Positions 15,335 through 30,093 of a stretch of 64,000 nt of DNA are shown piece by piece; the first letter of the stretch is position 1, and the number at the start of each line of letters is the position of its first letter. A model generated the notes under the pieces. The model was not told the DNA's origin and did no database searches. It saw nothing but the letters and a program-made list of their open reading frames with translations. The position numbers were made by a program, and so were the translations under genes. The stretch is taken from positions 4,836,001 through 4,900,000 of the forward strand of contig OZ024747.1 in assembly GCA_964016885.1 (NCBI GenBank). The letters run 5' to 3'. The stretch comes from Eledone cirrhosa (lineage: Eukaryota).

Positions 15335-15810
15335 TTGTTGTTGTTGTTGCTGTTGTTGTTGTTTTTGTTGTTGTTGTTGTTGTTGTTGTTGTTGCTGCTG
15401 TTGTTGCTGCTGTTGTTGTTGTTGTGTGTTGTTGTTGTTGTTGTTAATATGAAGGAAATTAGAATAAAGTATTGAAAATAAATATAAAGAAATTATTACC
15501 ATCATCATCATCGTTAATATCAGTATCATCATCATCATCATCATCAACATTACCAACGTCATCATCATCCTCATCATCATTATTATCATCAATATTATCA
15601 TTATCATCATCATCATCATCGTCATCAACATTATCATCATCATCATCATTATTATCATCATCATCATTATCATCATCATCATCATCATCATCATTATCAT
15701 CATCATCAACATCAACATTATCATGATCATAACCATCGCCACGATCGCCACCATCATCATCATCATCATCCTCAACATCATCATCATCATCATCATCACC
15801 ATCATAAACC
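15335..15810. repeat. (TTG)n and (ATC)n microsatellites
   Basis: Direct reading. Confidence 0.95.
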
Positions 15811-16036
15811 TTATTATTATCATATTTTCCACATCACCACTCAAAATATTCTACTCGTGTTTACAATTGGCTGTCCCAGTTGTCACAGTCAACAATGCTC
15901 AACTACAGGAACTGGGCAAAGACCAATGCTCTGATTATGTATATATAGTGGAAGGTGAAAATACTTGAAGGATGCACTCACCTCAGGCAGTTTTGCCATA
16001 TACACAATATATATATAGCATTATATATTTTGTATG

Positions 16037-16105
<69 letters not shown>

Positions 16106-16156
16106 CTTTATATATGTGTGTGTGAGTGTGTGTTTATAAATATACATATACAGTAA

Positions 16157-16220
<64 letters not shown>

Positions 16221-16343
16221 TTTCTGATTTGCTGATGGTAGTAAACTACAAGGTATATATACATATATATATATAAAGATATATATATATATATATATGT
16301 ATGTCTGTGTGTGTGTGTGTTTGTGTTGTTTGTGTGTGTGTGG

Positions 16344-16425
<82 letters not shown>

Positions 16426-17302
16426 AAGAAAATAAAGAGAATGGCAGGATTAATAGAAGAAATGAGGTTTAGACTGAAAATGCACAAATATGGCGGTTAA
16501 CAGATCATTAATCCAAATGCAAACAATGCAGGAGAATATTAGAGAAAAAACACAAACGAAAATAAACGAAAACAAACGTAAACACACGGAAAAACACGGA
16601 AAAACACGAACAAAACTATAAACATTGAATTGAATGAAAAAGAAAAAGGAACGATGTAGGGAAAGAGAAGGAAAATATGAGATGAAAATTGTGGAAATGA
16701 AGGGGAAGTTAGCTGGAAGATTAAATGGAAGAAAAATAAGCTTAAAATAATTATCCTCTAAAGTAATCCATTAAAAATTTTTAAGCGAGGAAGGATTAAC
16801 TTGAAAACACAGAATAGCTGGAGAGGGGGGGGGGGGGGGGGGGGGGAGAAGAAGAAGAAGAAGAAAAAGAAGAAGAAGGGGAAGAAGAAGAAGAAGAAGA
16901 GAAGAAGAAGAAGAAGAAGAAGAAGAAAAAGAAGGGAGAATGTTTGAAATGGTAGCAGTATGTTGAGCATCAATGTATTGTGGCAGTAATGGCTGATGTA
17001 AACAAAATAGGATAAAAGTGTTTGTATGTTTGTAGTTTAGTGCATATTTCCACCATATTGAAACAGAACATTTCAACCTATTCTGTAACTGACTGCAATC
17101 CAATGAAACCGGAACACAACTGACAACTGTCCTGTTTGTTCTTGTTGTTGTTGTTACAGCTATTGTTGTTGCTGGCGTTTAGTTCCAGGTAACATTTGAT
17201 CGAACAGACATATGATCAAAGGCCTTACATTGTGTGTATATACACACACACACACACAGACACACACACACACACAGACACACAGACATACACACACACA
17301 CA

Positions 17303-17341
<39 letters not shown>

Positions 17342-17354
17342 ATATGTGTGTGTG

Positions 17355-17654
17355 TATCCCGGGTTCAATCGTGGGTAGCCACAGTAGAGTTGGGGAGAGT
17401 AGGAGAGACGGAGGCAGTGAGAGTGGAAGTTTGGTTCTTTTGTGTTCGGACCTGGGATATATATATATTTAATATAGAAAGTCTTCTTCAGGGTGAAAAG
17501 TGTTTCATTCTGGAGAAATCATCAGGTCTTCCTGATAATTTCTCCTGAATGAAACAGTTCTAGTCTTGTAGAAGTCTTTCTATATTAAATATTTATACTC
17601 TGCTTTGTATTGAGTACCTTACTTACTGTGGTTACCCCGATTGAACCCTGGATA
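17355..17654. mobile_element. Diverged fold-back element (Penelope pLTR-like) with hammerhead core remnant
   Basis: Imperfect ~300-bp palindrome centred near 17527; both arms carry CTGAT(G/A)A-TTTCTCC(A/T)GAAT-GAAAC. Confidence 0.5.
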
Positions 17655-17658
17655 AACT

Positions 17659-17716
<58 letters not shown>

Positions 17717-17719
17717 CAC

Positions 17720-17777
<58 letters not shown>

Positions 17778-17977
17778 GGGAACGAGTAGGACCCCGGCGG
17801 CTGAGCTCAAGCCGTTTCGACGGCTAATTCTGGACTTTTTAGTCCAGAATTAGCCGTCGAAATGGCTTGAGCTCAGCCGTCGGTGTCCCACTCGTTCCTA
17901 TTACCCACTCTACTACCCTAAGTATTGAGTACTTTGGTGCGTTATGGTCCACCTGGTTCCTTACCACATTTCCTTCG

Positions 17978-17980
<3 letters not shown>
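17778..17980. mobile_element. Fold-back element, 'GAGCTC' family
   Basis: Palindrome 17779-17898 centred on TTTT; flanked by (TA)n. Confidence 0.75.
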
Positions 17981-18019
<39 letters not shown>

Positions 18020-18020
18020 A

Positions 18021-18064
<44 letters not shown>

Positions 18065-18207
18065 CTTATATATATATATATATACATACATACGAGATGA
18101 AAAATGCATATAATACCAGTTTCTTACCAAATGCGAAGAAGCTCGATATATCAATTTCTTAGGAAGATGTTCAGAGGATATTTGTTGGTTTATTATATAT
18201 ATATATA

Positions 18208-18451
18208 CAGTGGCGGTGGAACTGGGGCATGCACCCCCCCCCCCCCCCCCCCCCCCAATAATTATATTTTCTCCCCAAACTACCAACACACATCTATCTG
18301 GATATTGCTACAATTTATGTACATGTTATGTTTATCGCATATCGAGGTTTTCTGACCATTTTAGAGCACAAAGAGCTAAACTAATCACTACAAATAACTA
18401 CAAATAACATTGGCCGCACCCACCAATTCAGAAATGCTTCCACCGCCCCTG
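18208..18451. mobile_element. MITE with 14-bp TIR
   Basis: CAGTGGCGGTGGAA ... TTCCACCGCCCCTG (one mismatch), flanked by TA on both sides. Confidence 0.7.
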
Positions 18452-18512
18452 TAACATGGTTTAATTGAATAGATCGTGTCATTGCCAAGCACTTTACCAG
18501 CATCACATATAA

Positions 18513-18703
18513 TAATTGTTTCTACTTTTGGCACAAGGCCAGCAATTAAACCAGTGCATTACTGGTACTTTATTTTATCAACCCCGTAAGGATGAAAGGC
18601 AAACTTAACCTCGGCGGGATTTGAATTCAGACAATAAAGGGCGTAACTCTTTGCTGGAAAGCATGGCGCCCGACTCTCTACCGATACTGCCAACCCCGCC
18701 CTT
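18513..18703 (-). mobile_element. SINE family A
   Basis: Reverse complement of the family A head and core. Confidence 0.85.
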
Positions 18704-19083
18704 CACATATAATAATACAGGCAACTGATCATGTCATTACATTTTATTAAACATTATTTAAAATTTGAGATATTTTATAGTAAAAACCATATGTTGAAAA
18801 TCTTCTAAATTTTCAATAAATACAATAACCACTGTGAAAGTAGAACGAGTTATTTATTGTCTCAACTCTACAATATCTTTCAATACGGTCTCCTTTGCAA
18901 GGAAAGTCATAATATAATAATAATTGGGCGTGAAGCTGCGAACTACAACGAATTGGTAGATAGTGAAATACCTTAACTAGTCAAGCATTTTATTTCTCTT
19001 CTCATATTAATTGGTGAACGAAATACAATTGTGTAACGAAGCATGAAGAAAACGTAGTAAAATCAAAAATACAAAGAAAGTAA

Positions 19084-19123
<40 letters not shown>

Positions 19124-19181
19124 GTACACACACAGATATATATGTATGCATGAATGTGTGTGTGTATATATATACATATTT

Positions 19182-19238
<57 letters not shown>

Positions 19239-19321
19239 ATATATACATATACTTAGATACATACACTCACACACACATGTATATACATATGCATGCATAT
19301 ACATATAGACACACTCACACT

Positions 19322-19445
<124 letters not shown>

Positions 19446-19853
19446 AATTTATTGAAAGTGAGAGAGAGAGGCAAGATATTGGAGAGATCAGGTCTCACTG
19501 CTATAATCCTTCCGTCACGCCCAAATACTTTTCCGATTAAACTTCCTGCCTGTTTACCAATTTCCTGTCTTTGATCAACTTATAAGACTCAGCACGTGTA
19601 CAAAGCATTTCTACTTTGTCTAAACGAGGACACAGGATCTGAGATTTATCCCATTAATTTCGTGTGTACCTACATTTCTAGGGATGTATCCCTGTGTATG
19701 AGTATCATGTGTGTGTGTGTGTTTGTATGTGTTCGTTTATGTGTCAAAAATGTGTATATTACTGTATGTGCGTGTGTGTATGTGTTAGCGCATTGGCATC
19801 ATGCGTGAGTAAATATATACATGTATATATATATATATAAATGCATATGCATG

Positions 19854-19903
<50 letters not shown>

Positions 19904-19908
19904 TATAT

Positions 19909-19991
<83 letters not shown>

Positions 19992-20045
19992 GTATATATG
20001 TATATATAAATATATATATATACACATATATATACATATATAGAA

Positions 20046-20094
<49 letters not shown>

Positions 20095-20349
20095 CAAACA
20101 CACACACATATATATATATACATATGTGTGTGTGTGTGTTTGAGAGGATCTTTATAGCCATACAGCTATATACGTATGTTAGTGTACATGGTTCTATTTC
20201 TATCTACGTTGATTAAGACAATCTAAGATGCAGTTCTTCTCTAAGACATTCGTATTATTGGAAAATACGGTTCCCTTTAATTTTCACTTATTTTGCTATT
20301 TTCTTTATTGTCATTTGCAATCCTCATATCTTCTATTTCCTATAACTAG

Positions 20350-20680
20350 CGGTGGATTGCCAGAAGCAGTAGAGCATCGAACAATATGTTTAGTGGCATA
20401 GAGTTACAGCCCTTTACATCTTTTCCTATTCTGAGTTCAAATCCCGCTAACGTTAGCTTTGCCTTTCATCCTTACAAGGTCGATAAAATAATATATCATT
20501 AATGTACTGGGGTAATTGCTGGCCTTGTGCCTAAAGTTGAAACGATTATTATTTGGTTAATAATTATTTCTACTTTTGGCACAAGGCCAGCAATTACCCA
20601 GTATTTTACTGGTACTTTATTTTATCGACCACGTAAGGATGAAAGGCAAAGTTAACCTCAGCGGGATTTGAACTCAGATT
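20350..20680. mobile_element. Two family A SINEs tail-to-tail (20350-20551 plus; 20563-20680 minus)
   Basis: Core CCTTTCATCCTTAC..GTCGATAAAATA present in both orientations; the copies are ~12 bp apart. Confidence 0.85.
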
Positions 20681-21747
20681 AGAATTACTTGGTTAATAAT
20701 AGTTAAAATATTAACTTTTACTGTAAATATTTAATTATACTTTCAATTTTAGGATCGGTTTATTCTTTGTTCGCCAATCTAATAAATTCCTAAAAGCGCC
20801 TCAGACATTCTTTTGAGTCGATAACAATTTCTTGTGTGCTTCATGTTTACGACAGCCAGTACAGCGATAGCAGCTCTGGTTATTTCGGGTGGTTTAATTG
20901 GAGAGCCAGCCATGTTTAGGGATAAACTCCTATTATATAAATACTGCAGTTGTTGTTGTTGCTGCAGTTGCTGTTGTTGCTGTTGTTATTGTTGCTGGCT
21001 GTCGTTATTGTTGTATGTGTTGTTGTTGCAGTTGCTGTTGTTGTTGTTGTTATTATTATTGCTGCCGTTATTGTTGTTGTTATTTTTGTTGATGTTGCTT
21101 CTGCCGTTATTGTTGTTGATGTTGTTGTTTTTATTGTTACTGCTGTTGCTGCAGTTGTTGTTGTTGTCGTTGTTGTTGTTTATCCTCGGGTCAAATCTGA
21201 TCTTGTAAATCTATGATCAAAACATTCCTGTTGTAACCATCCCATATTTTCCCTATATGCAAGGAACTTAGGACCAGATTATTCAAAGAGTCCTTTATTT
21301 TAACGGTAGGGTGTAATTTGAGAGATATTTGGCTGCTATTTCTACCACGTCAATTGACCACATAGAATCTCCTCTGTTAATTTGAAGTGCTGTAGTGATA
21401 CGTTGTGGTAAACATATCTCTATTTATATAACAGATAAATATATTTTCTTATTTATTTGGCCGTTATTGTTGTAACAATAACAGGACATTTGTAAACCCG
21501 GCAGAGTCTATCTCCTCTCCAGGTCTGAATACCAAACACTTCTTCCAGATAAAGATAAAGGGAGAGATAATGGAAGTGAGAAAGAGAGACAGAGGAAGTA
21601 TCGAGACAGTACATGATTAGTGGAACTGTTATTATCGACCTTGAATGGACAAAAGACAAAGTTGATCATGGTTGGATTTGAACTTGTAGAGCAGAGAGCC
21701 TGAACGAATACCGCATAGGATTATATCTAACGTTCCAATATATATTA

Positions 21748-21962
21748 GAAGGCATGTGGCTGAGTGGTAAGAGAAATGGATTCGCAATCGTGAAGTTGTG
21801 ATTTCGATTCCCGGACCGGGTGATGCATTATGTCCTTGAGCAAGATACTTTATTTCACGTTGCTCCTTCTACCTGGAGTTGCGACCGATAGATAGTATTA
21901 ACAATTGAAAAGACCCATGGAAACAATGTTTCCTCGGTCCGATTTGACGAAAGTCGATCGAC
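21748..21962 (+). mobile_element. tRNA-derived SINE family B (V-domain-like core)
   Basis: TGGCTGAGTGGTAAGAG A box, TTCGATTCCC B box, TGTCCTTGAGCAAGATACTT core; reverse copy at 49722-49930. Confidence 0.8.
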
Positions 21963-22398
21963 TGACAATATATATTAAACAGAACAATTTAATGCGTTTT
22001 TTCCTTCATGTCGTGTTCGTATGATCTAATGAGCAATGGCCGACGTTACAGATGTGTTCCGGTTTGTCTGGTTTCGATTGCCGGTTGTAACTCTTGCTGA
22101 AAGTTTATGTTGAAATACGCTGAAAAATCACAACTGACTCCATTCTCTTCCTTTCCCCGACTCACTCAATCCATCCTCTCCACCCTCCTTCCCTCACTTA
22201 GGTCAATAGGACGAAATCCAAACACATTGATGGATACTTCTGATCAGCAAAGGTCAAATAATTGACTGTATTTATCACACGCTCCTCTATACAGATTAAA
22301 TAAACCATTGAACAAATAAATAAATAAATATTAATTTTATCCTACATATATAATAAGCTAAACAAGAATATTGACTCAGTATTAGTTTTAATGTTTAT

Positions 22399-22613
<215 letters not shown>

Positions 22614-22699
22614 AATATCCGTCGCTCTTTCTCTCAAATATATACGCGCCCCTCCCCTCACATATTTTCTATCTCATCACTCTCTCTTTCTTTCTCTCA

Positions 22700-22782
<83 letters not shown>

Positions 22783-23329
22783 CCACCCTCCCCTCTGATC
22801 TTTATTGACATTTATTTTGGCTAAATTCCAGTTAAAATTTAAAACAAACACGCAAATTAATAAATAATTAAATAAAGTTTAGACACAAAATAATATTTTC
22901 TTAAATACCCCCCCCCTCTTTTTGTTGTTGTTCTTCGATTCGACACTTCAGGTTAAATCGCGAATATTTCCCATTTTCTTCCTTTTTTTCTAAATTTCTT
23001 CCCAACCATACTTTGACCTTGGCACATGAACAATAATTAATGAATATACATTCAATTCTAGTTTAGGTACCATCGATAATTCACGCTGTTAACTACTAAA
23101 GAATTGTCAAAACGGCGCTTACTGAATTCCTGAAAAACTTCTTTAGCCAAACTTTTGCCGTCAGATAAATCCTGTAGAACCACACTTATATACAGTGTGG
23201 GGACGAAGGACGCCAGAGGTTTCGACGGAGAACGCAGTCAGTCAGGACACCGATATTTAACAATATTCCTCTTCTTTGTATTGTGGGCAGCAGAGTCCGG
23301 GTTTGTGGCCGAAATGATTACGTTGGAGC

Positions 23330-23622
23330 AACCAAAGCCGGGTTTAATGGGAGGCAAATATAGCAATTGTCCCTAGCTCCCTGCAGCGACGACCTTAGCA
23401 ATTTATTTGTACCCTCAGCTGGGCTTTTTAGTTTTAGGATGGTTAGAATTTTTTTACTCTAATACCTGTATGTATAACTTTTCAGTTCCAATTACTTGCG
23501 TCAAACTAACTTTGACATATGAAATTGGGGGTTGCTGTGTATTCTATTTTTCTGTGTGTGTGTGAGGGGGATCCCCAAACCTGAAGTGCCCCAGGTCCCC
23601 CCAATGTCTGAAACCAACCCTG
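23330..23622 (+). mobile_element. hAT-like MITE, diverged
   Basis: Shares internal sequence (GCAATTTATTT..CCCTCAGCTGG..AATACCTGTATGTATAA) and degenerate termini with 47187-47450. Confidence 0.6.
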
Positions 23623-23954
23623 GGAGCAAGGGATAACGTCTTTCACATTAAAGTGATCGAAAATTAGCAACAATATAAGCCAATGCGCATTGATATGGAT
23701 CTGTTGCTTAAAGCCAACGGGAAAATGCTGCATGCGTGATTCGGTTTTATCAGGCTCCCTCGGCAAACAATATTTACAAAGAAAATTACAAAAGAAGCAA
23801 AATAAAGTAAAACGTTGACTCAGAAATGATGTGGTCAACCTCCAAATTATAGTCAATCGAATTTCGCATATGAAGATTCCACTGCAAATAATTGATATGA
23901 CGCAAAGCAGAGCAATAATTCTTACATGTACATGAAGATAACACTTGTATAGCA

Positions 23955-24310
23955 TCTGTTGTTGTTGTTGTTAATGTTGTAGTTATTGTTGCAGCTGTTG
24001 TTATTGTTGTTGTTGTTGCTGTTATTGTTGTTGCAGCTGTTGTAGCTGTTGCTGCTATTTTATTGTTGTAGTTGTTATTGTAATTGTTGTTGATGTTGTT
24101 ACAGCTTTTGTTGTAGTTGTTGTTGCTGTGTTGTAGTTGCTGTTGTTGTAGTTGCTGTTGTTGTTGTAGTTGCTGTTGTTATTGTTGTGGTTGTAATTGT
24201 TGTTGATGTTGTTACAGCTTTTGTTGTTGTAGTTGTTGCTGCTGTTGCAGTTGTTGCTGCTGTGGTAGTAATTGTTGCTGCTGTGGTAGTAGTTGTTGCT
24301 GCTGTTGTTT
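23955..24310. repeat. (GTT/GCT)n microsatellite, tail of a family C copy (24310-24600, minus)
   Basis: Direct reading. Confidence 0.85.
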
Positions 24311-27300
24311 ATCCATAGCTCAGCTCTGGTTAAATAGATCTTTCATTAGAACCGTTCCAGTCGTAACCATCCCATCTTAATTTCAAGACTACGTTAAGTT
24401 AATTTTCCCTTAATATAGAGAACGATGTACCCATGATCACATCAGTCTTTATATTAACTTTATCTTCTCAGGGCTTCGTGGAACTCCGAGAGATCTGCTA
24501 CATCTCCTATATTTTCTTTCTTTTAAGACGCTTAATTATAATATAAAGAGAAAGTTAGCTACTATTCCTAGCAGACTATGTGACGACTTAGAAGCCTTCT
24601 ATTTTCTATTTGTTTTTTTCCTGGTTTCTAGATTAGCGTGCATTTAATTATGTGTTTTTAATGGTGTATCTCCAATGGCGTGTATTTAATGGTATATCTA
24701 TAATGCCGTACATTTAATGGCATGCTTTTAATTGTGTTTTAATGCCATGCCATTAATGGTGCATTTCTATTTAAATACCTTTAATGGTTTATTTATCTAA
24801 TGGTGCTTCTCTAATGATGTCTCTCTAATACTATATCACGATGTATCTCTATTACTGTGTCTCTAATGATGTGTTTTAAACAATCTACCTTCAGCACTAC
24901 GACTTATTTCTACGTCTTTGACTTTTTAATGATGTGCAGTTACTGTTGTTCCTTTAACCGTATCATTTTAATGATGTACTTTTATTGTGTCTGTGTGTGT
25001 GTGTATGTTTGTCTGTCAGTGTGTCTGTGTGTTAGTATCCGTGTGTGTGTGTGTGTCAATATCCGTGTCTCAGTGTCTATATGTGTATGCCTATATGTGT
25101 CTGTGTCTATGTGTCTGTGTGTCTATGTGTCTGTGTGTGACCGTGTGTCTGTGTGTCAGTATATGCCAGTGTACATCTTATGTTTATCATTGTTTTGTTG
25201 TTCTGTCTTACTGTTAACATAGGAAATTACTTGTTTTCTAATCTACTGACTTCAGAACACTGTCTATATACTCAGATTTACCTCCCTTCTATTATAAGTC
25301 TTTCTTTTCCCGCCAGTAACTTCCATTTTGTTTTCTATATGTTTTGATATTTTTAAACATGAAGATTATTAAGAAGTCCTTCGCAGACAGCTACAGACCC
25401 TCCAATGCCACAAGACATTCGGTCTCAGCTTTTAAGCCTAAACTCCAAAGCCAATGCTAGGATTATTGATAAGTTTATATTTGTTTTTTAAACTATGACA
25501 TACAAGTGATTATAAAATGACATTTCACATCACATATGAGCATATAGTTTCTTCAGACTGTTTTAAAGAAGAAATGAGGAAAAACTCTTCTTCCCTCCGT
25601 ATACCACCCCCACCCCCTCCTCTATATCCTCCCCCTGCACTTTTGCCTTTTCTATTATATACGCTATTCTCTTTGAAAATGGAGAATATTTCTCTCGGGT
25701 TCTTTAACTATTCCTATAAAAGCCCCACTGTTTTCTGCTATGTATTTATCTGAGCTTACAGTAGTTATTGTAGCCCTCTAATTGTAATAGTTCTTTCTAT
25801 CGTCTGCTCATCGTAAATATAGTCTGGCCTTTGTCGGCCATGCGCGCTCTTGTCTAAATACTCTTATTAATACTATTGCCTTTTCTCTCTTATCATTATC
25901 TTTTCATTCGCCGCCTTCCAATTTATAGCATTAAGATTCTGTCTTAAAACTAGGCGCTGCTAATATATTAATATCTACTTTGTTCTTAGCATTTAGTTCT
26001 GTCCCAATACTAATGTATCTATAATACTTCTCTCAACTGTTCTACTTCATTTGAAAGTGCCGTGTCCTTTCTTCCTTTCTTCCTTCCATTTCCTTTCTTC
26101 CTTCTATCCTTCTTTCTTTCTTTCCTGTTCATTTATTTCGCGAAGTCTGTAAACCTGCCGCTTTTATTCCAGTTCCTTAATATGTGTGTCTTTAAACCGT
26201 ATATTATGGATATTAGTAAGTTTTCCTCTCTTTAAATTGGTCTTTGCATATTTCTGTTCCTCTACCCTCACAGGCATCAATGAAGCCGATTCTTCAGAAG
26301 ATTAGGTGCTAGCATACTAATTATAGTGAGCTATCACATTTTGATTAATTTCAATATTACAGGGGAAAACATTATCCTGATTATTCCGATTAAGAAATGA
26401 TGGGAAGACAATCCCAGAATTTAAATCTTTTAAAATTAGTCAAATATAAATACAGTGGAGGGTGAGGTTTTTTTTTTTTTTATCTTGTACCATGACAACT
26501 CCAAGCAGGTCTTATAAAACCTCACCAGTGTAACCTCGTCTTACTGTTACTATCATATCTAAGATGGGATGAAATATATGTATTATTTTATTGAATAAAC
26601 TCTGAATAATCATCAACTTAAAAAGATTGACTGGATGAAATTATTTTGTGATATATGACACATAAGATATTAATAGAAATCTGTTGGGTGTAGTGAGATA
26701 AGGAAATTTAATTAATTAAAATTATTATAGAATAAAATGCTGTCTTAGTTTGTTTTTTGAACAATCGAATAGGTGGTTTAGTTCGTTTTTTTCGTCACCA
26801 TAGCTTCGGCCAGGCTGTAGCAACTTTTGTGAGATTAAATAAAAGAAGATAAAAATAGAAACAGCAATACACAGATTCGAATTACGGAAATTTAGCTCTT
26901 TTCTAGAGTATTCTGCAATAACTCGTTATAAATAGACATGTAACAAGAAAAAGGAATACACAGCAATCAAAGAAACAAACAGAGAAACAAAAAAAGTAAG
27001 AAACCCAACTTCTCTCTTTCCTCAACACACACAAAGAAGCAAGCCTCTATGTGGTTACTTTACTTATCCACTAGACATAGTAACAAAATTAATCTCCCTC
27101 AAATCATACATTTCCGTCTTTAAAAACCTCGGCACACTGGGTAGAATGTAATGACTCTGATATAGCCTGATCAACAGACGAGATGGTCATGAGTGGAACG
27201 CTGTTGATCATAAGTAAGCGTTATCAGAACTGGCTCGGTGTTAAAATGCCAGCCTGGTCGTCTCAATTTATAACCCAGTTTAACACAAACACTTGGTCCT

Positions 27301-27464
27301 TGGTATCTTTAAAGGAATTCCTTCTTTTTTAAGCATTTGAGTCAAGTTTTCAGTTTGAAGATAACTTTCTCTCTAAATACAGCTAGTTTCGTAAAAGACT
27401 GGATGGTCATGGCGGGAACGTCGTTGATCATATTTCTACTACTTAACTGGATAACTTATTCTTT

Positions 27465-27690
27465 TTCGCCCACTTATTCCTGAGAGGGTTGTGGGGACAG
27501 AACCCTAAAACACTCCTTCCAGCAGCTCCTCTCAAAAGCAATTGTTTCCACTTGATTCAGCTGGATCTCTCAGTGAGAGTAGCTAAGTTCATGGATATTA
27601 TCCAACCATCTTGTTCTGAGTCTCCTCTCGGGTAGATTTGCCCGTAAAATCTGTCCAGAGATTCTTTTCTTAATATTGACTCTGTGATCT
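27465..27690 (-). mobile_element. RTE-clade LINE 3' fragment
   Basis: Peptide QILRANLPERRLRTRWLDNIHE resembles the RTE ORF terminal motif G.R.RGRPR.RW.DNI.E. Confidence 0.45.
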
Positions 27691-28029
27691 CTCAATACGG
27701 AGACTAACGGCTCTACATGAAACAACACCTTCATCTCCAAGCTATGTATTCTATCGATTAACATTACAGCAAAGAGATTGAAAACAAATAAACAGATCGA
27801 TGGGTCACATCTTTGATTACATCTGTGTCATAAAACTTTTGGATCAGACCTATCCTAGGTCTATACTGCAACAACAGCAACAACCATAAATCTCCCCCAC
27901 CCCAACCAGTATGTATTCTAAAACTCCACCCACTAATATATAATTCTTACATACATTCTAGAAGGAACACCCCCATGAAACGCCCCCCACCGTGCGCACG
28001 CCCTTCCACACTTAGGGCCCTTTATGGTC

Positions 28030-28146
28030 TGATTTCAGATCCCGCCGAGGTTAATTTTGCCTCTCATCCTTATGGGGTTGATAAAATAAAGTACCAGTAA
28101 TACACTGGGATAATTGCTGGCCTTGTGCTAAAAGTAGAAACAATTA
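28030..28146 (+). mobile_element. SINE family A, 3' part
   Basis: CCCGCCGAGGTTAATTTTGCC...GATAAAATAAAGTACCAG...TTGCTGGCCTTGTG. Confidence 0.8.
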
Positions 28147-28244
28147 AAATTACTCACCAAAATAAAATCAACCTCACGATTCTCTCAGAATCTACAAAGG
28201 ATACGGGCTTTACCCTTCTTCCACAAACTATCTTGATAACGATT

Positions 28245-28698
<454 letters not shown>

Positions 28699-28868
28699 AT
28701 TTACTTTATTCTCGTACTTCTGGTAGGTTCTATGAGTATCACCCTCTCTTTACTTCACTCCCTCTCTCTCTCACTTCCTCTCTCACCCCCCACTCTCTCT
28801 CTCTCTATATATATATATAATATATATATATATATATGTGTGTATATATATATATGTATATATATTTA

Positions 28869-28940
<72 letters not shown>

Positions 28941-28943
<3 letters not shown>

Positions 28944-29114
28944 CGAAGGAAATGTGGTAAAGAAGCAGATAGACAATAACGCACCAAAGTATTCAATACT
29001 TAGGGTAGTAGAGTGGGTAATAGGAACGAGTAGGACCCCGACGGCTGAGCTCAAGCCGTTTCGAGGGCTAATTCTGGACTAAGCTTGAGCTCAGCCGTCG
29101 GGGTCCTACTCGTT

Positions 29115-29119
<5 letters not shown>
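28941..29119. mobile_element. Fold-back element, 'GAGCTC' family
   Basis: Near-identical to the reverse complement of 17840-17980, with a shorter inverted arm; flanked by (TA)n. Confidence 0.75.
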
Positions 29120-29173
<54 letters not shown>

Positions 29174-29562
29174 ATATTTCAATCACATATTTTTTTATTT
29201 GTTTGACCCGAATTACTTGGTGTTTCTATGGTTGTGCGGATGACGGTTTAACCATCGTCTCAGTGTGTTTGGCCTTTAACGTATGTTGTAGCTCTGGTTT
29301 GTCAGATTTATTGAGCACTTGCCACACATCTCGGAAGTTGTTTTTCACCAATTCCAAAGCCGAAATACGATTCTCGCTAATTTATATCTGTATATATATA
29401 TATATATGTATTATATACAGTGTATCATCAATCTATATATCTTTCTAGCCCTTAATTTACCAATTTCCTTATCACACACATGAAAGGAGAGGATTATCAC
29501 ACTCTATAACAGACAGACACTCACACACACACTGACAAATACACATACATACACACACACAC

Positions 29563-29598
<36 letters not shown>

Positions 29599-29698
29599 TG
29601 ACACATACACACACACACTCACACACTCACACAGACACTAATTAACATTCACAAACACACCCACACACAGACAGCCATACTCACAATATACGTGTACG

Positions 29699-29731
<33 letters not shown>

Positions 29732-29902
29732 ACAATCATGTGTGCATCTGTGGTGAGTATTTATCTGTGTGTATGTATATATATGTGTGTGTCTATGTGC
29801 GTGTGTGCGTGTGTGCGTCTGTGTGTGTGTAAAAGACGTCAGGGACATGGAGATAAACTGTGCATAGCGTGTGTGTATATATATATATATATTTATATAT
29901 GA

Positions 29903-29934
<32 letters not shown>

Positions 29935-30025
29935 GTACATGAGTATGTGTGTGTGTTAGTATAATATAGATTATAGGAAGGTAACAGAGATAAAGGCAGC
30001 GGGAAAATAAAGATCAAGAGTGCTG

Positions 30026-30093
<68 letters not shown>

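Noticed and set aside
15960-16000. Minus-strand splice donor GAG|GTGAGT
   Set aside because: Upstream sequence is (TA)n microsatellite with no credible exon.
21748-21820. tRNA gene (likewise the family A heads)
   Set aside because: A/B boxes are present but they continue into SINE bodies and lack a proper acceptor stem.
25330-26260. Degraded LINE endonuclease remnants on the minus strand
   Set aside because: Only vague resemblance with many stops; cannot be supported without a search.
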